A DNA stretch of 32,754 nt from Perkinsus olseni (lineage: Eukaryota): positions 1 to 32,754 of the forward strand of contig JABANN010000398.1 in NCBI GenBank assembly GCA_013115125.1. The letters are read 5' to 3'. A program made the position numbers and the translations under genes. Below, piece by piece: positions 23,530 through 32,754 of the stretch (positions within the stretch are counted from its first letter, which is position 1; each line of letters begins with the position of its first letter). The notes under the pieces were generated by a model. The model ran no database searches. It was not told the origin of the DNA and saw nothing but the letters and a program-made list of their open reading frames with translations.

Positions 23530-24246
23530 AAGGGACGATCGAAGCCGTGATGGCAGTTGCGCTGCCTACTAAACAGACCGAACTGTGCGCTCGCTAGCTT
23601 CATCATACTGGCGTGCCGCCATAAACTGCCATTCTCTCGATTCCCTCTACTCTAGCTCGTTCACTATGAGCCCGACCTACTCATGGTGCATTCTATCACT
23701 ATGTTCCCTACAACAAGATAGTGCATTGGTACTTGCCACTTTGTTGTTCACCCAGCTACCGAAGCCTGCCTCTCAGCCGTCAACTAGTATGGACTCGTCG
23801 GTGGAAAAGCCAAAATAATGAGGGCTTCGTACGAGTCCAAGAGTCATGTGGAAATGACATTCACACCGTCTGAAGTCAGCTTCATCTTCACGTGTATGCA
23901 TCGTCCATAGTCTAGATAGCGTAGCAGATAGCAGATAAACCGTCTAACTCACTACTGAACACAAGTGCCTGGTTACCGACGAGTACGCAGAACAACAGCG
24001 AACAACGAATAAAGCCACGTCAAAGACGGCCCAACCAGTCATCAACCCAATCCTGTCACCAATGTTCCGTGAGTGGTTGTTGCTCGGCGCTCTCACGAGG
24101 GGGTTCGGTCGGCCGCCCAGCACTCTCAGGTACATGGCCCCAGGGGGTGTCGTCCAACGTGGAGGCGACATCCTCAGCGCCGCAATCCTCGTAATCCAAG
24201 CCGGTCTTGCATTTCTAGGCATCCTTCTCGAGTCCGCATCGGCTGG

Positions 24247-25357
24247 TCACTTCACAGCCGAGTCGGCACTGCCGACTGAAGGAAGGCCCCCATGATCAAT
24301 CCACGCTTCTCCCACCCCAGTCCGTTGACTTGTAGTACCATCAGCAAGTGATGACTCTCTACGATGAGTCGTAGCACGCCTATGACTGTTTTCAACCGTT
24401 CGGTTTGGGACTCTGAGCGTCTTGTGCTGAGCATCGAACCAAGAATCGACCCAGTCTTCATACCATTCTTCTGTAGATGGAGACTCGCTGACTACTCCAT
24501 GCTGTCCTGCCATTTCACCACTCTCGCCCGACATGGGGTCCCAGACAGCTCCGTCCCAGTCGAAGGCAGTAGCCAGGTCTCCCTCTGTATGTATTGGATG
24601 GTGTCCCCCAGAGTCGTCAAAGGTCGCCTGCCCCACTTCAGTAGCATCTATGATAGAATCACCGGAGTAACCGGCTAGCAGCATCCCTCTATCTACAGAC
24701 GCAGGACTCAAAGATACTTGGCCCTTTCCCAATGATGGTTCCTCAGGGTGAACTACCTCCGCTCCTCCGCTACCCCTCACTCGGATTGACCGGTGTTCTT
24801 TCCGATACGCTGCACCAACAAGCTGTGAGTTTGAACCCGTAGACCCCACTTCAACCATCTAGAAGGTGTGCTCGGCCTTAGACGGGCCGGCACGCCCTAC
24901 TGTTCTGCCCACTTCGACCACAACCTCAGAAGGTTTTGACGGGTTGGTGGTGAAAATTGTGCTCATTTGGGAAAACGCTCTTATACCGGAGCATTTGACT
25001 TTTGGCGTCCTCTCAGACGTGAGGATGTAAGAAGTATCAACCCTCCCCCATCAAATACGGACTATACCTGCCATCAATCTGTCGTATGCGGGCAAGATAC
25101 ACTTCATTTGGGGTGGTAACCTTCTTTCCATCCAGACAAGTGAACATCATCTGCACTTTGCGCTTAGACTGAGCAGCCTCTTCGACGACCATACTATCGA
25201 GCGTCACCCCACCAACGCCTTTGTTGTAGGAGTCTGGTGCGTAGTATCCTGGCTCGGGTAAAGGAGGTCCCGATGCTGGGGACTCATGCACTGCAGCGAA
25301 GTCTGATGCCAGCAGCCCCGCGCTGAGGACCGCTCTGGTGAGGAGAGCAAGTCTCAT
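24247..25357 (-). pseudogene. Interrupted gene for a putative secreted lineage-specific protein
   Basis: Signal-peptide-like MRLALLTRAVLSAGLLAS then PLPEPGYYAP. The frame stops at 25037; a shifted frame continues through a TAG (about 24859-24861) into the 203-aa ORF 24247-24858. Confidence 0.4.
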
Positions 25358-26843
25358 CGCACTGTGCGCCTTTCCGCGGAAAATTATCTCGGTGATTTCA
25401 CGAGAAGGAAATCTTGCTACCTCGAGCACTCTACAATTTCCTACTTCACCACTTCGCGCTTTCCGAGTTATCGCTCATAAAATCTCAAAGTCAGCCTCCC
25501 TTCCTCATCAAAGAAGCAATCCGGCTCGGTAACAGAATCCTGAACCTTTATTTCTACACCCACAGTCGGCTACACGACGAGCACGACTGCTCACCGTTGT
25601 GCGGATCTCACCAATTCGCTGGAACAAGAACAAGAGCAGCCCCGCCAAGCTGACTACCTCGCATTGGAAGGTTTCTCACACGCTGAGTAGTACATGGTAC
25701 GGGTATCCACGCCTTTTGCAGCAGAACTTGTGCTCACGGCCTCTCACGCCAGCACACAATGGTGTCCCTCTGCAGCGACAACGATACGATGCAATTCGAG
25801 CTTCGAGCTTCGAAGCACCTGTAATTGAGGGGACTACAACGCGGCTCTGAGATCGCTGAAGGAAGTATTCTCTATAATCTACCCCTCCACAATAACTGTC
25901 ATCACACTGCCGTCTTCAACACTACGAATGCCGCCGTACGACGACCTTCGTAGGGCAGTCTACCACCAATATCACCCTACGCTCTGTCACATACCCTCCT
26001 TGGATGAAAAAGTATAGCATTATGGCCGCTGCAGAAGTATAACAGCTCAATGGTACTACTATAACGATTGGACCCAATAAGGAAGTAGTTGTTGAGTTGG
26101 GCATGCGAGATGCCGCTCAGTGCAGCTTACGAATAGTGCAAGAGATGGTATGAGGTTGTTGTGCACATGGTAAATCCCGAACTCATTGTAGCCATATCCC
26201 GACACACGAATGAGGAGGGTGAACCATGACAGACAGCATTCTAGTTGACGCATCGAGGCAGACAGCCCGCGAGCTAACTTCAGACTCCGTCCCACCCGGA
26301 CGATTAGTTTAGAAAGTCGTGAAGATAGTAGCTACAACAGGCAACAACAGGACTCAACGTTTTAAGATCAGGAAAGTCAATAACGACTAATCTCATACTA
26401 CAATCGCCGAATAGTGGTAGTGGTAGTAGCAGTAGCTTCGGCGAGTAATAAGAGGTAAAAAGAGGAAAAGACCACCCAAATGTGAGCACGCGTAGTGTCT
26501 TGATACGGGCAATGCAGCACCCAGACACTACTTAGTTCACAGCTCAAACGGACGACAATGCGTCCCGACCGAACAAAAAACCTTTCGCACCGTCAAATGG
26601 CAGATGCCCGACGAGAGTGATCGATCGGAGCATGCCTACTCAAGAATCAGAGAAGTTGTGGTAGGATATAATACATAAGTAGTAAGACCCGACACCCACA
26701 TCAATTATATCATCGATAGAAACCGCACAGCATGTCGTTTAAGGTAAGAACTGGCACCAACATAGCAATCATGATGCAGCAGCTGACAAATATGAAAGGC
26801 GATTGGAGGACGGCTCTTACAGGATGAAACGAACTAGTTCGCA

Positions 26844-29608
26844 TCAGAAGAGGAAGCCGTAGAGAAGCCCGATGACGAGGCTGCAGTGTGACTGGATGAC
26901 CAAAGCTTCCGTGCCTCTGCCAACGACATCTGAGTAGACAATAACAGGATGGCAAATGTCAACCACCATTGAACTCCTCACCTCAGCGCCCTCACCATCG
27001 GCCCCGCCACGGAAACGGCCGATGTTATCTACGATGCAGCCCGCCACGCCCATATGCCGCATTTGCATCTCTACACGAGACGTCTTATTATTCTCAGCAC
27101 CGTACGTATACCTATCAACCATACGTGGTAACCCGGAGACAGCAACTTCGTGTATTATTACAGAGTCAGCCCAGCTCTTCGGCAATAGTCAGCAAAGTAG
27201 TAGTTCTCATGCAGCCATGAGGCTTCAAGGCATAGCCCTTCAATACCATTCGTCGAACAAAACTCAGCTGCCGCCACTGGGTCTCTCTGCAACAGAAAGC
27301 ACCATCGTCGTACGACCAAAGGTAATAACCCTCATCAGCGTACATTCCGCAGGTCAGTAAAATCGACTTCGGTGTTGTCATGGACGTCCTCGTATCCGAA
27401 CCATGTATTGAGAATGATCGGAAACCGCGCTTGTTTTTGCCGCAGTGCTAGGCACATCTCAGGGTCGAACGAGGAGAACATGTATCTACACAGGGAATCT
27501 CGAAGGCCGTACAATGGGAAGGTGACTACCTCCGCGTAGCAGGGCAGCCATAGTCGTAGATGTAGCGTAGGATAACGTCGGCCACAGTGCCCCTGTCATG
27601 GCAAGACCTTGAGGGGTACTTCCGAATACCAGCGGCCGTCGGGTACCTTGAGGAAAGGAAGCCCGGCAACTACATTAGAAGTCAAGAGGAGGGAAATGGC
27701 ATGGACCAGCCGAAGATCGACGTGCACAGAGGATGCATACTACTTGATCTCGATCAATGCCCCAAGGTCGTCAGGAGTACCCTCCAATACTGCTTGGAGA
27801 CTGGGCAGCTTCTCTTGAACTGCAGCGCTGTCTCTCACGCCCTCTGCCTCCAACGGTGATACTTCCGACTCAACCCGTCCTCTTGATGGGAAGGTTGCCG
27901 CAAGATCATGCAAGCTGCGTATCTGAAAATGAACACTCATCCTTCGCCTTGAAGAAGTAGAACAATCTCCCACCAACGCTAAGGTCTCCACTCACCCGCT
28001 TGCCCGCTTCGAGCAGGCCTGTCTTGCCAGATGACGATGTAGGCGTCGAAGCCCCACTCCCGCTGCTACAACTGCCGCTAGAAGTCGCACTGCCACCGCA
28101 CGAAACGGCGGACTCTCCTCGTTCCCGGCCCGTGAGCATTCTCTCCTGATTGTCCTCGTCAAGGGAGCGCAGGCCCTCCTCACACAAAGACGTGATAGGG
28201 ATCTTCTTGCTGCTGTTAGAGTGGTTAATCTCCAAGTCATGGAATACCATAGGGGTTCGATCCGCCGTGAGGAAGACGTCAAACTCAATCTGAAAACAGG
28301 AGCATCATTGACCATCCAACTACACAGGGGAAGACTACCGCATCAGCCCCATACTTCGCTGCCTGCTGGAACGCCAAAAGTGTGTTCTCTCTTATCCGTG
28401 AGCCCATCTCGTCACTGCCAATGCCTCGATGGCCGATGATGGTCATCTCATGCACGTTCTTCCCTGAGACAGTGCCTGGACATGAAACCACAACCTCACA
28501 CAATCGGTGTAACCTCCGCCCTACGTGCTCGCAGAGTCGACCCCTGCCGAGTCTCGCGGCGGGGGCGGAATGCTGATCTCAATTTGGCCGGCAGCGGAGA
28601 GACATTGACAAAGCGGAATGTGATAGTGCCAACTTTACGGTGCTTGTCGTTGACCAAGGAGCGGACCTGTAAAGAGAGCCATCGCCTGCTGGGTGACTCC
28701 CCTGGCTTCTTGCCTACCGTGAGGTTGGAGGCACAGCAGAGTTGGAACTCTTGGAGTTCATCGACGCTTATGACGGTATCTGCCAAGGGGTAGTTGAGCG
28801 GCAAGCCTAGGTAGCCGTGAGTCGAGCAGGTCAGCATCACCACGGACGAGAAGGTACCACTGTGATACAGTACTGTAAACATCCCTTACACAGAGAGAGG
28901 GGCCAACACCCCCGGAATGGGAGTAGAAGTACTTCATCAGTAGCAGTAGCACCGCACCGCCCTGCATATTACATCCAAGGACTCTTGGAGCATCTTCGTC
29001 AGTCGACAAGGCCTCGAGAACAGCGCTCTCGTTGAATTGGAAGTGAAGGAAGCGATGCTTGTCATCGCCATCTCTCAACTCAGTGACGGACTCGGCATGA
29101 TCCGTATTACGAGAAGTTACACGGAGTACCAGTCTGACAACAAAGACGGGAATCTTATCTTCATCATGGCCAATCGCAGATAGACCCAAGACAGGGACTA
29201 CGACACCACCGGCACCACCACCAGCCTTGATTCAAGGCCCTTGAATGCGAATACGACAACCGGTATCGACTAGGACATCACTGGAGCGAGCGGCAACACT
29301 GAGTAAACACCCATTCCGCTATGCCACAGCCAGTGGCAGACTCAGATCGATGTTCACTACCTGCCATGACCACCGCAGCCCGGGGCAATGGTAAGGGAGT
29401 ACTGAGGGGCCTCAAGGTACACGAATGAGGTCGTTGCTTTCTGTATGACATCCTGTTGAGGATCCATCGCAGTGTTAGGCATCTGCCTGTCGCCAACTCT
29501 GGTAGTAGTATTATTGTTATTAGTAGTAGTGTAGAGTAGGTCACTACAACCAACAGTGTCAGCATCATCATTATTGTCTACAGCGGCGATGGCCGTGCTA
29601 ACTACCAT
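26844..29608 (-). CDS. Glycerophosphodiester phosphodiesterase, GPCPD1/GDE1-type (multi-exon; ends approximate)
   Basis: IIGHRGIG...IRENTLLAFQQAAKYGADAV, EFDVFLTADRTPMVFHD, LPSLQAVLEG..ALIEIK, YMFSSFDPEMCLALRQKQARFPI, YTYGAENN..GVAGCIVDNI are all canonical GDPD motifs. Confidence 0.88.
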
Positions 29609-30064
29609 TTCTATGATAAGAAGAAAAGAGGAAGAAGGGTCTGACACACAGTAGGTTGATCAACGCCAGTGACAGCTGCATACTCAGCGGCCCTGGAAGT
29701 CCATTATGCCGCACCAGAGTGCCACATTCATCATAGCCGAGCACCCCTAGTCGTTAGTACTTCACAACTGTCGCTCGGCTACTATTCCAAATTCCATCAC
29801 TATTCCTCAGCTGCCTCAACACAACAGCAGAGAGAGGTAAGATAACGCCATGATACAGTTATTAGGGATACACGAGATCATCGAGCCTCATTCCTATTAC
29901 GACGAGCCGCTGAGACTTCAGCGCACTTTTTGTGAAAGGACCAGAAGTGAGCGGAGCGAAGCGATGCATGTTTTCACTTTTTCTCCCTCGGCTTTCCCAC
30001 TACTTGAGGGCTGGGTCGAACCTGCCATTATGGGTTTCATCCAACGCCCAACGCAACTGAACCA

Positions 30065-32314
30065 CTAGTCAACGTTAGAGCATTCGTAGTGACTCCTCTG
30101 ACGAAGGAGAAAAGTCGACACACTGACTTCAGCGCGCCGCTGTGACGCCGTCACGAGGATAGGCTCGACCGACCCTACCGTCGCCATTGCGCTGGGAGAC
30201 TCCTCTTGTCCTTCAGAGCCGACGCTGGCAAGGGCACTCTCCTTCCTAAGGAGCGAACCACCATTGGCGAGTGTGTCGAGATCGAATATCAAAGATCGTC
30301 AAAATCAAGGTTGAGTAATCTAGTGAGAAATCAAAGTGAGAATCACTCTGAGTTGAGTAATCAAACGGTACGATGCGGACGTGATAGGCAAGCAGCGGAA
30401 GGCAAGACCCGCCTGAGACAGCTATGAGCCTCGTGGGGAGCGTCACCTACTGTGAAGAAGCAGCAGCCAACAGTAGGGACCATTTGCCAACCCACCTCGC
30501 CACGAGAGCTTCCCGAAGTCTCTCAACAACACGTGGATGGCCAAGCATCCCGCCATAGATGGCGTCTCGATAATCATGAACTCTAACAAGAAGGTTATCG
30601 TCCAGTTTACTCGTTTCCTCTGAATCATTAGCATCTTTCTCCGTGTATCTACCCACCGTCAACCTAAGATATGCCGGCGCAGAGCAGGGGTCTCCCACAC
30701 GAACTCTCCATCAGGTGTGTGGAACGCTGCCAAGAATGGATGCTCCAGGGCTTCCTCTGCCGTTATACGGAAGTCGGGGTTGAACTGAGGAGCCGACTAA
30801 CACCCAGCGGCAGGGCCCAAACAGTGTGCACACCTGCAGCATGAGGTCGATGAGGTCGAGGCTCTCAACGTTGCCCTGTGGTATTATTGAGGGAACGTGA
30901 ACGGTACTGTACTGCTGCGGCAGACCTTGGAGTAGATTTTCTCCATATGTTGTCTTCATATCTTCCCACAATCATTCGTGAGTCGACGAAGTGCATTTCT
31001 CCTACTGCTGAGTATCATCATACTGGGCATCCCAGTAAACTCTAGGATCATCCACAGCTGTTCCAGTACCGAGGTGCCTGCTCGATAGAGAGTTCACAAG
31101 GCACACCGCGAGGGTCTTCTACCAGGGAATAAAGGGTGACCAGTGAGGACTTCTGCCGTGACGCAACCGCATGCCCAAATATCCACACCCTTGCCGTAAC
31201 TATACATAACGCTGTGAGCCTCGTAGAGGCTGCACGCAGGCGTTGATCCAAGACCAAGCTGAATATGAGTGGGCGTTACTTCTCTGCCTTCAGGAGCTGC
31301 TCTGGTGCCCTGTACCATCGACTGGATACATAGTCAGTCATGCTCAAGTAATCTCCCTCCTCATCCAATGACTTTACATCTTCTATCGACATACCTGAGC
31401 GCTACGACAGGTATGAAGGCACTGTTCGTTGTCGACCTGGACCGCCCTGGCGGAGCACTGATGTCCCCACCTCTGGGCAGGGGCTGGATAGCCGGGTCGA
31501 AGTCGAGTGGCAGAACATACCGAGCCAGACCAAAGTCGCATAACCTCAACTCACCTACACGTGCCACTTGGTATAGACGGGGAAGCACGATAGAGTAGCT
31601 CACACTTAGCGTTGATGAGGATGTTCTGGGGCTTCACGTCTCGGTGGACGACGTGCGCTGAGTGGACGTATTTAATGGCTCTCAGTAGTTGCCAAGTCAC
31701 ATACGTCTTGTGTAACGGGGACAGGGACCCTACGAGAAGGGCAGAGTATACCCCAGACCACACAGGATCCCCCTCACCAGCCTTAATAGTCGAGGCGAGG
31801 TCTGTGTCTACATACTCCGTAACAAGGTAGACATCTCTATCCAGTGTCGAGGGACTCGGTATAACCTACAGCCTTCCATCTAATACAACTGCCCTTGGGT
31901 AGCCTCTAATATCGTCCCCCCACGAGGAGGGTCCGGGAACGGAGGTGCTTTCACGTCATATCGTCTCGTACGTCCAGCAAAGTAACTATGTTCGGGTGCT
32001 CACTGAGCTTGGCGAGGATCGTAACCTCTCTGTAAGTTCTCTGGGCGTCCTGAGGAAGTATCTTTGCCCGGGAGCAGGCTAGCTGGGGGCCCTACGAGAT
32101 CTGTCTGGAACGCGTTGAGTATTCTTTTGATGGCCACAGATCTTGACTTGGGCAATGCTCTCGCTGCAGGGACACTAAACAGGGTCCCTTCTTTCCGTCT
32201 GCAATGCCATACTATACCGTATAGCCCACGACCTATTTTCCGCACAACATCATACCTGAGTGCAATGCTCCCCCGGTGTGTGACAGACGAGGCCCCATTG
32301 CTTTGTTCCGACAT
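30065..32314 (-). CDS. Mitogen-activated protein kinase, ERK7/MAPK15-like (TDY), multi-exon
   Basis: IGRGLYGIVW, VAIKRILNAFQTDLDAQRTYREV, HPNIVTLLD, DVYLVTEY, VVHRDVKPQNILIN, CDFGLAR, MTDYVSSRWYRAPE, YGKGVDIWACGC, FNPDFRITAEEALEHPF and LDDN..VHDYRDAIY. The 3' end is approximate. Confidence 0.88.
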
Positions 32315-32754
32315 TATGGCGATACTATGGTGACACTACGGCGATACTTTGCCAACACCATCCCGACACTACGGTATGATGGGTGCCTGCTCAAGTATAG
32401 CATGTCTTCTTATCCGACACTATGGTAGCACTATGTTGACACTACGGTGGCATTACGCCGATACTACGGCGATACTATGGTGACACTATGATGATACTAT
32501 GATGACACTATGGCGATACTAGGGTGACACTATGAAGATACTATGATGACACTATGGCGGTACTATGGTCACAGTATGGCGGTACTATGCCGACACTATG
32601 CCGATACTATGGTGACACTATGAAGATACTATGGTGACACCATGGCGGTACTATGATGATACTATGATGACACTATGGCGGTACTATGGTGACACTATGA
32701 AGATACTATGGTGACACTATGAAGATACTATGGTGACACTATGAAGATACTATG
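32315..32754 (+). repeat. 11-bp minisatellite, consensus TATG(G/A)(T/C/A)GA(C/T)AC, roughly 40 degenerate units, running off the window
   Basis: Units include TATGGTGACAC, TATGAAGATAC, TATGGCGATAC, TATGATGACAC and TATGGCGGTAC; the end alternates TATGGTGACAC/TATGAAGATAC as a 22-bp higher-order unit. Confidence 0.95.

Noticed and set aside
25500..26800. Short hydrophobic ORFs that might encode a membrane protein
   Set aside because: No recognisable motif or consistent spliced frame could be built.
4271..29234. Several in-frame TGAs (4271, 12287, 23404, 25037, 29232) suggesting TGA reassignment or selenocysteine
   Set aside because: Most lie in copies with other independent lesions. The exons I translated in intact genes (GH27 copies 1-2, IFT46, MAPK, SDHAF4) show no internal TGA, and TGA is the apparent terminator of GH27 copy 1, IFT46 and the DUF4833-like gene.
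31340..31540. Very long MAPK activation loop (about 46 aa between DFG and TDY)
   Set aside because: An in-frame 48-nt GTATGT...CCCAG segment is probably an intron, and extended loops are common in protist ERK7-like kinases.
32315..32754. CRISPR-like array
   Set aside because: Contiguous 11-bp units with no unique spacers, eukaryotic context and no cas genes.

Overview
Eukaryotic, intron-rich genomic DNA with many short (about 40-60 nt) GT-AG introns. Gene content and style suggest a flagellated alveolate protist, most like Perkinsus (inference, not proven). Recognisable genes: ALG12 5' end (partial), a 4-exon DUF4833-like gene, SDHAF4, IFT46, a GPCPD1/GDE1-type glycerophosphodiester phosphodiesterase and an ERK7/MAPK15-like TDY kinase. 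Between them lies a dynamic region (about 2.4-25 kb) with four GH27 alpha-N-acetylgalactosaminidase/alpha-galactosidase paralogs: two apparently intact, one mosaic and frameshifted, one diverged pseudogene. It also holds three copies of an unannotated tandem PB1-like-domain gene (one full, two fragments), a GH18-like remnant and a broken secreted-protein gene. Perfect palindromes with 1-nt spacers sit at duplication and rearrangement junctions. An 11-bp minisatellite abuts the kinase start codon at the right edge. All gene models were spliced by eye, so boundaries are approximate.
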